NCBI GenBank assembly: GCA_016748015.1
Contig: JAAOMT010000772.1
Span: 313,541 to 377,540 of the forward strand
Length of the DNA: 64,000 nt
From: Geosiphon pyriformis uo1
Taxonomy: Eukaryota > Fungi > Glomeromycota
Reading direction: 5' to 3'
Position numbers and translations under genes: made by a program
The notes under the pieces: model-generated
Seen by the model: the letters and a program-made list of their open reading frames with translations, nothing else
Databases searched by the model: none
Told to the model about the DNA's origin: nothing
Shown here: positions 1 through 11,772 of the stretch, piece by piece
How positions within the stretch are numbered: position 1 is the first letter of the stretch
Layout of the letters: every line of letters begins with the position of its first letter

Positions 1-324
1 ATTATTTTAATAAACTAAAAATACATTTTGGTAAACTACAAATTGTTTTTACAAACTATAAATTATTTTAGTAAACTATTGAATTATTTTGCAAAATTTT
101 ACAAATTTAAGTGAATTCTTAAATGTTATAGAGTTTGATGTATTGTATAATTTGATTATTATAATTATGTATTATACAAATTAGGTTATTAAATAAATAA
201 TAATGTTTAATAATTTGATTAAATAATAAGTAATAATTAAAATAATAATAATATATGCTAATTAATAATAAAAATTATAAAAGTAATTTTATGTTAATTA
301 ATAGCTAAAATTCTACTAGTAACA
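1..324 (-). mobile_element. Partial 3' LTR of Ty3/gypsy family D
   Basis: Reverse complement of the end (TGTTACTAGTAGAATTTTAGCTATTAATT) matches the start of the solo LTR at 50110 and shows the same ~20-nt periodic internal repeats. A purine tract (PPT) precedes it on the - strand. Confidence 0.8.
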
Positions 325-1580
325 TAATTTTTCTTTAAAATTGAACTTTATTAAAGTCCAAGTATTATTTATAATATTCAAATAATAATCCAAAATTATT
401 AAATTAATTTGATCTGAAAATTGTTAAAATTTTAGTTCTGTAAACTTATCAATATATTGAATCTTTATTGATAAAAGTATTGGATTTTGTAAAATGTTTT
501 TACAAGTATTAAATAGATCATAAAGTTTAAAAACTGTTTTGAGTTTGTAGTAAACATTTGTTGATTCAGTTATTATCTTAAATTTATTGTAAATTTGTTT
601 TTGTATGGTTTTTAAAAATTTGTTGCTTTAAATTTCAGTTTTTGTTAGTACAGTGTTTTTCTAATTTAAAAATATTAATAAATAGGAGTATATTCACTGC
701 TTTTATTAAGAAACAATTAAAGTTTTTGTTGTATTGTGGCATTCAAAAAAATGTTAATAAGAGTAAACAATAAGTTTTTTTTCAAAGCTTGCTTTAAAAA
801 TTTTGGTAAGTAACTTTTAGAATAACTTCTTGTGTTCTTTTTATAAGAATAATAAATTAAATTATTTACTATTAAAACTGTAATTTTTTTTAAATATAAT
901 TAATTTAACTTTTATTAATTATTATAAATAAATCAAAAAGTGTTTTTAAAGCTAACATTAATTTTTGAGAGATTTATTGAATGTTTTGAAAAATAAACAT
1001 TATAAAATTGAAAAAAAAATAATAATAAAATTTGGTAAAAGTAAAAGAATAAAGAAAAAATTATTTTTGGTATGTAAATTTTTTATATATTTTTAATTTT
1101 AAGTATTTTTAATAGTTATTTTACTATTTTTGTTTAATGTTTTTGTGTTTATTTTAAAGAAAATACTAATATAAAAATAATTTAAATATTTAAATTTGAT
1201 TGCTGTTCTATTACAATTATTGATTCTAAGTTTTAAAAAATATCTTCAGAGTTAATTAAAAAAGAATATATACTAATTTGTAAAATTAATAGTTTTGGGT
1301 TGGTTTTAAACTGATAATATTTTAATTGATTTCTATGTGCAATTTTTGTTAATATTTTGTTATTAAGTTTTAACTTATATAATCTATTTTTTAGAACTTT
1401 ATAAATATTAAATAATTTATTCCATTTATGATTAAATTTTTTATTTTACTGTTTTTTAGCTTTAATTTTTTATAAAAAAACTTTATTTCTAATTTTAAAT
1501 TTGTTATCATGCTATTTTTTTTGTTGTGCTTTAAAATATTTAATATAGATAACTGCAATTTATTATTATTTTTTAATATG
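325..1580 (-). mobile_element. Highly decayed 3' internal region of a family D gypsy element
   Basis: Adjacent to PPT/LTR. The - strand ends ..LDFNKVQF* like the 3' ORF ends of elements A and C. Right boundary is approximate. Confidence 0.45.
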
Positions 1581-1581
1581 T

Positions 1582-2130
1582 AGTTACAGATGATTATTTG
1601 GCATCTGAAAACAAATAACAAACCTGTAATTTGGTGCTCAATAACTGAATGATAGTGGTAATATTTGAAGGTGTTCATATCTGAAGGTTTTGGTAAAGTT
1701 TTTTGTATAATAAACAAAGATTCAATGGTTGTTTCAGTAGTCTTCCAGAAAGATTATTCTATCAATTTTTTTCTTTAACATAGTGGCTAATTTATTTTGA
1801 CAATTGTGTTCTTCTGATAAGTTATCTATTAATTTATAAATTTTATATTCTTATTTCTGGATCTTTTATTAGACTATCCTTAACATCAATTAATCAGTGC
1901 TTAATCTCTTAAATTAGTTAATAAACAACAAACAACAAAAAATAAAAATAAAAAAAATAAAAGAAAATAATGAAAAATAAGAATTAGTATCTTGTTAATA
2001 ACTGTGATTAAGTACTATTGTTTTAGTATAGTTAAGTATTAGATATTATCAACATGGAGTGTTATAATAAATGAGTAATAAAAATTTTCAATCAAATAAT
2101 AATAACATGAATTAAATAATAATAAGTAGA
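1582..2130 (-). mobile_element. LTR fragment related to family B/X
   Basis: Shares blocks (acaaataacaaa..taatttggtgctcaataa; aattagtatcttgttaata..; tatcaacatggagtgtta; aacatgaatt) with the LTRs at 12855, 17660, 21636, 38290 and 55620. Confidence 0.7.
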
Positions 2131-2619
2131 ATCTACTTTGAAAAATTGGTTCAGTTTAATTAAAACCTTAAAATTAGTTAATAATATAATTACAAAATAG
2201 CTTATAAATTAATTAAGTTATTAAGTTAATCATATTATTATTTCTAAAATTATTATAATCAATAGAAATAGTAAAATATTAATTAAAAAAATTATCAATT
2301 TTTTTTTTAAAATCAATAAAATTAAAATTTCTACTAAAGTTTTAATGATAAAAACAATCTAATATTAAGTTTTAGTCAAAAATAATTGGTTGACCAAAGC
2401 TTATACTGCTTTTAATTAAAACATTTAAAAACTTTAAATTATATTTAATGATCAACATACCTAAATATTTATTATTTGTAACCATTTTAAAACAATAATA
2501 CTCAAATAATCTCTTATTAAATTTAAAGAACCAGTAATATAGTCCATTATTAAAATACACCAAATTTTTTGGACTAATAATTTTAGTACAAAATTACTAC
2601 TATTATCTACTTAAAAAAA

Positions 2620-2860
2620 AAAAGCAAAAAAAAAGCCACAAATATTAATCTTTATTTATGTATTATTGAATTAAAAGAATTATAAAAAGTCTTTTTAGAT
2701 GCTTTTTTTTAAACATATTTTTGCTAAAGACAGCTTTTAAGTTTACTATAAAAAAGTTATTTATTTGAAAAATATTGAATAAAAAACAACAAAAAATATC
2801 AAAAACTTTTTTTTAAAAAATTGTTCTTTAAAGAATTTTGGATGTAGAAGAGAAAAAACT
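2620..2860 (-). mobile_element. 5'-end fragment of the LINE family
   Basis: Reverse complement (tttttctcttctacatccaaaa..) resembles the LINE 5' end at ~26805-27000 and the copy at ~22950-23175. Confidence 0.5.
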
Positions 2861-3906
2861 TTTTTTGTTGTTTTTTCTTTGTTTTTTATCAAGTATTATA
2901 ATTAATATAGCTATAATAATAGATATAAATATTAAAAAAGCCAAAAAAAATCAATGTTTTATTTTTATAAGAGAAAAAATAAGTTTAAATTTAAAAATAA
3001 AAAACACCAAAAAAATCTTAAGAAAAAAGAAAAAATTATTTTGGTGTTTAAATTATTTAAACAATAAAAAAAATTAACAATAAAAAATAATAGTTTAGTT
3101 ATTAATTTATAGTTAAAAACTTTATAATAACAATAATTAAGAATTTTTTTGGTGTGTTGTTTTAAAAAAATGTTAAATGAAAAAAAAATTTATTTAAAGC
3201 CAAAAAAAGTGTATTTTTAACAGCCAAAACTGCTTTGTATTAATAATATTAAAAAAATACTTTAATCAAGTATTGCTTAATTGTTTTTACTATAAAAAAA
3301 ACTATTAAAATAATTGTACTTAAAAAAAATAAAGTTTGCTTTCTTTTTACTCTTTGCTTTAATTGTGATCATAAAAATCTAAAAAAAAAGTTTAAAATTA
3401 ATTATATTTTATTAATCATTCCATAAAACAATGCAAAATATTCTAAAGTTCAAATATAGTGTATTTTCACTTAAGAAAAGCTGAATGATCATGCTTTGCT
3501 GTTGATTTGAAGTTAAGTCATGTGGCTTCCAGAAGATTGGAAGCATTGAGTTCATAATAGACAATAATTAATCTTTGCGTTCACAAAATTAGAGTAATTC
3601 AGAATAGAGAATATTCTAGATCCCTAATCTAAGACCTTAATAAAGCTATCAGAGACACTTTGAAAAGTGATACTGCATAACATAAAAGTATTAACACAGT
3701 TTACAAAGTACAAAGCAAAGCTTGTTAAATACAAATAACAGAATGACTCTAATAAACAGATGTGACCCACCATTACCGATGATGTTTTCATGCCTATGAT
3801 AAAGTATTTGTATTCAGAGATGTGAAATGATTAGTGAGGAAATGATATCGAAGGGAATTTTAAGATTATATGCCTTCTTCGCTCCAGTGTCCACTTATTA
3901 TGCACC

Positions 3907-4147
3907 CGTTGCCGTTTATATATTGGTTTCTATGCACCATATAATCGCAAGGCACTTCGAATATCCGCAGCATATCTTAGTGAATAATAACAGTACGATA
4001 TAGACAAAGCCAACCTAAATGGCCAGGTTAATGACTAAAAAATCCATCCCATCTTTGAAAGAAATATCGATACTGTTTGATGCAGATATATTGCGGATAC
4101 TTTCTTGCCTGCGAGTTACGTGCGTAAGTCTATATGAAAATGGAACG
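3907..4147 (+). ncRNA. Candidate structured RNA: long imperfect rod-like stem-loop, family unknown
   Basis: Colinear nested helices: CGTT/AACG, CCGTTT/AAATGG, ATATA/TATAT, TATGCAC/GTGCGTA, TCGCA/TGCGA, GGCA/TGCC, TATCCGCAG/TTGCGGATA, ATATC/GATAT, AACAGTA/TACTGTT, CGATAT/ATATCG, CAAAG/CTTTG. G-U pairs mostly favour the + strand. Confidence 0.4.
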
Positions 4148-4257
4148 ATAGAATCTTTCCAGAGATTGAATCATTAGTTTCTAAAAATGCGAGGATTGTC
4201 CAAGTTCGATAAGAAATATCTCATTATGTCCATTCTCAACCTCCTTTCTGCCTATCA

Positions 4258-5526
4258 TCAGCGAGGAATGTGTTTAGTGTATCGAGGAATTCTTTCGCCA
4301 CTCCTGCCGCTTCTTTCTTTGCTCTCATCTGTTAACTTCCAAGCGGGATCGAAACCTTTAGGATTATCAGGGTTACGAAGATCCGGATTTTCCCGGGTGT
4401 TGTCAGTGCTACCGAGGGAAGTGTATCTAGTAACAAACCCAACAACTTTTTCTTATCAATCTATGTAAATCCTGAGCTAATAATGAAAAATTTATAGGTT
4501 TAAATACCCCGCGTCATATAAGGTGCAATAAGGGACTTTCAAACTCATCAAGAAATCCCAGATTTGAGTATAGTGCCAATCTAAGATGGGATGGATACGC
4601 ATAAAAGATGGCCATCCTCGATCTGTTGGCACAAAGTCGGAAAGATGCTCTGATCTCAATATTATATTGTTTTATAGAAAATGTGAAAACAGACCTTAGA
4701 TAATTAAATTACCTGAAAAGACAAAAAATTGAGAAAATGGCATCATAGGTCTTACCTCCATGAGGATCATTTCTCCTGGTACCCACCAATATAGCCTGAA
4801 CACTTGGGCGCTTTTCCAAATAAGTAGCCAATGCTTGTTTCATAGGTCCTTCAATTTTTATAAGATCAAGGTTATACCTAATCGTAGATTCTTTAACGAA
4901 CGCATCCACCTCGAGAAACGGATCTTGGTGGGTAATGTAAACGCTCTGAATTTTGGGTATTCTTTCAGCGGATTTCTGGATGAATTTATAAAGCGCAGCT
5001 GAAAATAAATGCAACAACACGGTACAGTCCTTCCCACCGTTAAAAGACAATGCGAGTCCGTCAGTCCTATAAGCAAGAAAATAGATTGAGATTTAAAAAT
5101 AATAAAGGAGCCAAGAAATCCACTTAATATACCCGTATGTATTCAAAGATTCTTCAATGACTTCAAGAGCGTGTTTGACAGGCTCATATAAAGGATTATC
5201 TATTTCAACAAGAGCATAAACCTGCTGAGAAACTTTGCCAAAGTCGAACGGAAGGATTTCATCGGCTTTCATCTTTTTATTTTTGTCGCAGCCATTCAAT
5301 GAAACTTTGTGTGATTGTGATGTTTCGCCATTTGTTGTGGTTAGAGGTAAAAATGGTGATTTTGGTGGATTATCTTTAAAGTCCATTAGGTTTGAATCGA
5401 CAAAATTTTTCAATAGAAGCCGCGCTCCCATAAATGTCATAGCGACTTGAGAGGAAAGAACGAGAGTTAGAACCAAAAGAAGTTTGAGGTGGAACATATG
5501 CGTAACAGTAGTCTCTTACCTTTCAT
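4258..5526 (-). CDS. FAD1: FAD synthetase (FMN adenylyltransferase, PAPS-reductase fold), 5 exons
   Basis: Exons 5526-5520, 5445-5133, 5066-4756, 4649-4508, 4426-4258 joined by GT-AG introns in frame (CTAAC branch point in intron 1). Motifs [47 protein letters not shown]. Confidence 0.93.
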
Positions 5527-5708
5527 TGCCAATATTTCGGGTTCCGGTAGTACAAGATCTGAGATCTCTCCAGATATAAATTAGAAGTTAGGTTAAATTT
5601 CGATGGTAATTAATTTCCGTTTCTTTTTTTTGGTCGCTTACTAAGGTTCTTGAAATAAGTAACAATGATTATTTTAGTTGAAAATACTGTCTTAAGATTT
5701 TATCAAAA
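5527..5708. promoter_or_regulatory. Putative bidirectional promoter FAD1/PAM18
   Basis: 182 bp between divergent start codons. Confidence 0.6.
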
Positions 5709-6244
5709 ATGGTAAGCAAAGCGTTTCATTTTGTCTGCACCGGAGATCAGTAACGCCCCAATATTTCAACTTCTTTGTATCCCACCAAACCAACCTCAAC
5801 GGCTAGACGACAGCACCTTTATTAATTGGTATAGGCATAGCCGTAGTAGCAACAGCTGGTCGTTTTGCAGTCAAAGGTTTTCAGAAATATCATCCTGCAC
5901 TCAAACACGCTGCAACTCGTTTTAGCGGCTCCTCAATGGGCTCTTCAAAAACACAATATAGAGGTGGGTTTGATCCAAAAATAAATAGGCGTGAAGCGAC
6001 TCTTATTTTGGGACTACGGTAAGTCACTGGATATGATTGGTTCAATATTTTTGTTTTCTTGGTGAAATTGAAAATTTAACCTTATGTTATTTTCGTTAGC
6101 GAATCTGGTGTCAATAAAGCCAAAATAAAAGAAGCCCATCGACGAATAATGTTAATTAATCATCCTGACCGTGGAGGGTCACCTTATCTTGCAAGTAAAA
6201 TCAACGAAGCTAAAGATTATCTAGAGAAGAATATCAAATTATGA
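5709..6244 (+). CDS. PAM18: Mitochondrial import motor J-protein Pam18/Tim14, 3 exons
   Basis: Exons 5709-5711 (ATG only), 5807-6018, 6100-6244. N-terminal hydrophobic helix, [47 protein letters not shown] (HPD motif). Missed by the ORF track. Confidence 0.95.
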
Positions 6245-6480
6245 ACCCTGACTTGCGCTAGTCCAATTATATTATAAATAATATTTTTGGTTGAGGCCTT
6301 ATCGATATTATCATTTAAAGAATTATTACCATGCGGGAAGCCCTCTTGGCTCGAATTAATCATCATTTTCATGGGATCCTTTTCTGAAACACGGAATAAT
6401 CTTCCACTTCAAAATACTATTCTCAGGTACTTTCATCAATTATTTTGGAGAGTAGAACATTGAAAAAAGACGTCTGTTAT

Positions 6481-7984
6481 TTAATTGTTTGCAGCCTCTT
6501 TGGGAATCTTGGTGAAATATAAAGTCATTTTTTGCATTCCTTTAGTGTTAGCTTTAGCCAGGGTTGTCTGGGCTCGAGTTAATTTCTGCTTCTATTAATA
6601 TTCGCAATTTTGTGAATGGTAAAAAGTCAACTTCTTGAAAAAATGAAAAATGAAATACCTTCATGGGTTGTTCTTTTTTCAGATTGGTTTCTTTGCGCTT
6701 CGATTGCTTCGCATAATAATCAACCGGCTTATTGTTTATCCTGGCCTGGGAATCTTCGAATACTTCGATTCTCTCAAAACTGGAATAAAAAAAGAAATTT
6801 GATATTTGTCCGTCAAAGTTAAACTCGCTTCGAAAGCAATATTTTCCCCACTTGTAATGTTCAGTGAGCATTTTCAGCCAACTTGATGTAAGATATTCTG
6901 AAAGAATTTCTATCGCTGACCTAACCTTAAGATCTTGAATCAGCTAAGGTTAGCGATGGTACGAAACCAATCCAAATGAGATGATAATTAAAGAGCTAAT
7001 ACCTTTTTTTAGTTCTATATTCAAAGAATCGCCCTCCCCAAGTTTTATTAGTTTATCAAGAGAATCGAAGTCATCGAATCTGGTTACAAGCGAAGAAATC
7101 TAAGATGAAGAAAACTCCTTTTGTAATTATTATAATAGCGATTGCTTCCAAACTGATGCCTCAGGTTTAAGGGTAATTCATGCCTTAGCTTTCAACCATT
7201 CTATAACTTTAACGTCGTTTAACCGATAGACCTTGTCACGGAATTTATAATCTATAAATAAACAGAATATATCGAGAAATACATATAAAATGAAATTTAA
7301 TGCCAAGTAAGACTTACCTTGAATATCACAGATCCATTCGATAAAAGTTTCAATATTTTTCAGCGAACGTAATTTGGAAAGGGCAGGATATTCATAGCTC
7401 TCAAGAATCTCGTCTAATTCAAGATATTTACCTTCAGATTCGGTAGTCTATAGTGTTTATTAAAATTAGATATACTCCTTCCTAAAAATTCCAAGGAGTC
7501 AACAAACCTTTTTGCGACGTGAATCAAGAATGGGCAACAGCACAAAAATAGGATCTATAATGGTAGTCAAATATAGAGTTCCATCTGTATTTTTAAAGAA
7601 AAGTTATATAAATATATATTTTGATTAAAAATTCATGACAGAAAAAATAAAACAGATACCTTGTTGCACGTTATTTTCTATAAACCAAGACCTTTCTCCC
7701 CCGCAATCTACCAGTTGCATTTCATACAAGTTTCCATTTTGCATGAAAAAACGGGTTGGAACACCTATGTTTTAAAAGTCTTAGAAACAGGGTTGCATTT
7801 GAATAATTTATTAAAAACCCTTTTTACCGGTTTGTGGGTGAGGTAGACTGATTGAAAGAAGCTCAGTGTGTCCATGACCTGAAGTTGAAACAACGCTCAC
7901 ACTTATTTAGATGAAGTTTAAAAAGCTTACTATGCAAAACTTCCACATACAATTATTGGGCTTTATGAGAATCCGGCGCGACAT
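6481..7984 (-). CDS. RNH202: Ribonuclease H2 subunit B, 10 exons
   Basis: Exons 7984-7951, 7878-7828, 7764-7660, 7584-7508, 7447-7318, 7251-7184, 7099-7003, 6933-6852, 6779-6659, 6591-6481. Motifs LPHPQTG, RSWFIENNVQQDGTLYLTTIIDPIFVLLPIL, YRLNDVKVIEWLKAK, and C-terminal PIP-box-like KGMQKMTLYF. The model needs one GC-AG intron. Confidence 0.88.
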
Positions 7985-8161
7985 TTTTTATGCAGGCTTT
8001 GAATTTGAAAAACTTTCAAAAATTTATCGCGTATCAGCGTTCGCGGATTTTTTAACAGAATTTAAATTTTTTGTTAGATCAACCTGTTGATTGGATGAAA
8101 GAGTATATCACTTATCATTCTACAACTTAAATATATCTTGTCGAAGCAATTTACCAAAAAA
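7985..8161. promoter_or_regulatory. Putative bidirectional promoter RNH202/thiolase
   Basis: 177 bp between divergent ATGs; contains several CpGs. Confidence 0.55.
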
Positions 8162-10080
8162 ATGGCACATAAATTTGGAAAAGCTTATGTTGTAGGCGTT
8201 GGAATGACCAAATTCACCAAACCTAATGGTCTAACGGATTATCCCGGTAATTTCTATCACTTTTGGCTCGCCTATTTGACCTTGGCTTATTTTGTATTTC
8301 GTGAGTTGCCCAAGAACTTGGACGTGAGGCTACTGTGAAAGCTTTGTTGGATGCTGGTATAACATATGATGATGTTCAACAGGTAAGTTTTGGGTTGAAA
8401 AAAGTCACATATTCAAATATTAGTCCATATTTCTATCAGTCTTACTCTGAATAGTGTGTCTAAACTAGGCAATTGTTGGGTACTGTTACGGGGATTCCAC
8501 TTGTGGACAAAGGGTCTTATACCAGCTCGGAATGACCCAAATTCCGATAATGTATGTCTATTTCCACTTAATTTCCAGTTCATTCAACCCATTAATTTTT
8601 CTTGAATGCCTCCCAGTAATGTGAATAATAATTGCTCCACTGGATCTACGGCCATTTTTATGGCACGTCAACTTGTTGAGGCTGGAATTATTGATTGTGC
8701 CCTTGCTTTAGGTTTTGAAAAGATGAAATCCGGTAATAATTGAATTTCAACTATTTCACATCTTTGCAATGGCTTTTATTGATCAAAATTTTTGAACCAA
8801 TAATCGATTAGGTTCACTGAGTTCCCATTTTAGTGATCGCACCAACCCTCTGGGTTTGAATTTCTCTTCTAATTTGAAATTGACCCTGGATAGTCTTTTG
8901 AGAAAGTAATAAATGTTAATAAAAACAGATTTCACGGTAAGAATGCTGTCGGAAACCCGTGGATTGGTCAATGCACCAGTAGCTGCCCAGATCTTCGGTA
9001 ATGCCGGTATTGAATATTGTGAAAAATATGGGGCCACACCAGAGCATATGGCAAAAATTGCCGAAAAAAATCATCGCCATAGGTTAGTCTTTTTATTTTG
9101 ATTCATTACCAATAAATCATCTCACGTCCACAACTTTCTCATTTAGCTCGAAAAACCCTTATTCCCAATTTCGTGATATATATACTTTGGAGGAAATAAA
9201 ATTCTCGTCAAAAGTATTCGGACCCCTCACAAAGCTCCAATGCTGTCCCACTTCCGATGGTTCTGCCGCTGCTGTAATTGCTTCTGAGAAATTTGTTCGT
9301 GAACATTATTTGCAAGATCAAGCAATTGAAATAGTTGCCCAGTCTCTTGCAACAGATTCTCATTTATTATTGGAAAAAAGTTCAATCGAGCTCGCTGGTG
9401 CTGATATGACACGAAGAGCTTCTGAGGAGGTGTTTTCGAAGGCTGGGATTACTCCCCTTAATGTTCAGGTTGTTGAGCTACATGACTGTTTTTCGGCAAA
9501 CGAGGTGAAGTACCTGCAATTTGAACACTAATGAAAACTGTCATTGAGCTCTATGTCTCACCTTTTTTGAACATCAAAAGCTTATAACTTATGATGCTTT
9601 GGGTCTTAGCAATCCTGGTGAAGCTCACAAATTAATTGATTCGGGTGATGTTTCTTATGGAGGAAAATATGTTATAAATCCCTCCGGCGGGTTAATATCA
9701 AAGGGACATCCTTTGGGAGCTACAGGATTGGCTCAATGTTCAGAATTGGTAAGTTAATAAAATATTTTGCTTTTCATTTGATAATTTATTTAAAATATGA
9801 ATCTTGATTTCCAATCCAGGTATGGCAGTTGCGTGGATGGTGTGGTGATCGACAAGTTCCAAATGTTTAATATGCTCTACAGCATAATATTGGACTCGGG
9901 GGCGCTGTCGTAATCTCAATTTATAAACGCGCTGAAGGAATAGGCCAATCCAAGTCCTTTCGAGATCACAGGGCGAGAATTGGTTATAATCCGGCGGTTG
10001 AAGCTAGGCCAGTCACTCTAATAGATATAAACAGAGTGTCCTCAAAGAAAACAAGTGAATATATAAAAACCCGATTATGA
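8162..10080 (+). CDS. SCP2-type (SCPx-like) peroxisomal thiolase, 9 exons, with in-frame TAA at 9868-9870 (recent pseudogene or base-call error)
   Basis: Exons 8162-8246, 8315-8382, 8469-8551, 8617-8732, 8812-8853, 8929-9082, 9147-9504, 9581-9748, 9820-10080. Motifs [67 protein letters not shown]. Ends TRL*. Confidence 0.9.
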
Positions 10081-10579
10081 AAATAATATATTTCCATTAG
10101 TTTATCGAACAGAGGATAAACTCATTTAAATTTAAATTAATATATAATTTATTCGACGAAATCATGAAATTCATAATTGATGGAATATGCCACAAAGAAT
10201 ATTAAATTATAAAACTTTGGTTAATGAATAAAATAAAATTCAATAAGTTAATTATATTAATATATAGTAAATAAATAAGAATTTTAATAGATAGTTTTAT
10301 TTTTATTGGAATATATTTTCACGGTAAATAGAAAAATTATAAAAATACACTTTTAAAAAAAGTTTACAAAATGTAAATTAAAATTTGAATATAAACATTA
10401 TTAATTAAAACTTATTAATTAAAATTAATTAATTAATTCTGAATATTAATTTGCTTATTTAAATTAAATGTTAAATTAAAAAATATTTTAGGTTTTTAAA
10501 AACAAGAATTTTTTAATATTATATCATCAATTAAGAGCTGTTTTCTTAACTTAAAAAAATTATTTTATTAGAATTATTA

Positions 10580-11540
10580 TTTTTTTTTATTAATTAACAA
10601 GTAGAGCCCAACTATTATCTAATATACAGAAGCAAACCAAGTAATTTAGACTAAATATGGTTCATGTGCTTACTATACGTAACCAGCCACTTGAGCCAAA
10701 CAAGGCTACATTATACATATATACTAACTTTTAACTTATTATCTAAACTAGAAAAAACAAACAAGTCTTATGTAATCTAAAATTAACAGCAAAAAATTTA
10801 ACAATGCCAAACAAATAAGCCACCTCAGTTAATAGAACTTTAAACAAACTACTACACACCTTAAACAACATTCTTTTATTATTAACCAAACTACTCTTTT
10901 CTATATTAACTTTAAACTTTGACTTAAAATTTCACAGCTTACTGCAATGTATTTTAGCTAAATAATAGACAAAATTAATTATTACCAATACAGTTTTTTT
11001 CTTATTCTTGAATTTTAATATCACTTTATTAATCCAATCTTTAAAAACAAATCTTTTGTATATAATTTCATAAATACTAACATTTAATATCTTTAAAAAA
11101 AGAGTGCACAATACTAAAAATAATATAGAAAAAACAAATTTCACTAAAAATTTCCACAGCTTAGTATAATTTGTTAAAATCTCAGAGTAAATTAAAACAT
11201 CTTTTAGACAAGTGAAGACATAATTAAGCAGTTTAATATTACTACAAAACAAACACAATACATTTAAGTAATTTTTATTATATAGTTTTTTTTTAATTAC
11301 AGTTGGCAGTTTTTTATGAACTGTTTTTATCAAATATATGTAAAGTATCATTAAAGCTTTGTTAATAAAACTAGTAAGCATATAGAAGTCAAAATGCCAA
11401 ACTGAAGCAATACAGTGTCAATTAATAGTTTAAATAAACAAGTCTTATAGAATTTTTATACTCAGGTCTATTTTCTATTAAGTATAACTAATTAATCAAT
11501 ATATATTGCAAACAAAATAATAAGTATTGTCTAATATAAT
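10580..11540 (-). mobile_element. 3' fragment of an RNase H-type LINE (ORF2 C-terminus, 3' UTR, short poly(A))
   Basis: ORF 10932-11381 is homologous to ORF 32804-33151 (YLIK.V...L.T...K.LYNK.YL.VLCL.C.NIKL). Ends ..TTAATTAATAAAAAAAAA on the - strand. Confidence 0.8.
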
Positions 11541-11772
11541 CAAATTTTTTGATCTTAATTTACATAACAGAAATATTTTTAGATTTAATTAAATTAATCA
11601 TATGCTGCTTTTTAATTCAGCATCTATTACAAAAATTAAACATAAGAAACATAAGCTTTAAAGTATATATATCTATAGCAATTTGACTATTTATATACAA
11701 GATCATTAAACAAAAAAAAAGAACACATTTTAATATTAATACAATAGTTTGTAACTCTAACAAAATTAATAA

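Noticed and set aside
3907-4147. SRP RNA, telomerase RNA, snRNA or FMN riboswitch identity for the fold-back
   Set aside because: No SRP helix-8 GNAR/AGCAG motif or Alu UGU motif, no clean CUAACCCU template and no snRNA or RFN consensus seen by eye. Left unassigned.
4187-5450. + strand ORFs 4187-4468, 4760-5002, 5235-5450 (and 5731-5925, 6616-6822)
   Set aside because: Antisense or off-frame shadows of the spliced FAD1, PAM18 and RNH202 genes.
9868-9876. Programmed readthrough or A-to-I repair producing a PTS1 isoform
   Set aside because: Context is TAA-TAT rather than the known TGA-CTA motif, the stop cuts the catalytic domain, and A-to-I editing would give Trp rather than the expected Lys. 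Kept only as a remote option.
4258-10080. Functional gene cluster (flavin metabolism linking FAD1 with the FMO)
   Set aside because: The four genes have unrelated housekeeping roles, and the FMO lies ~19 kb away beyond a gap.
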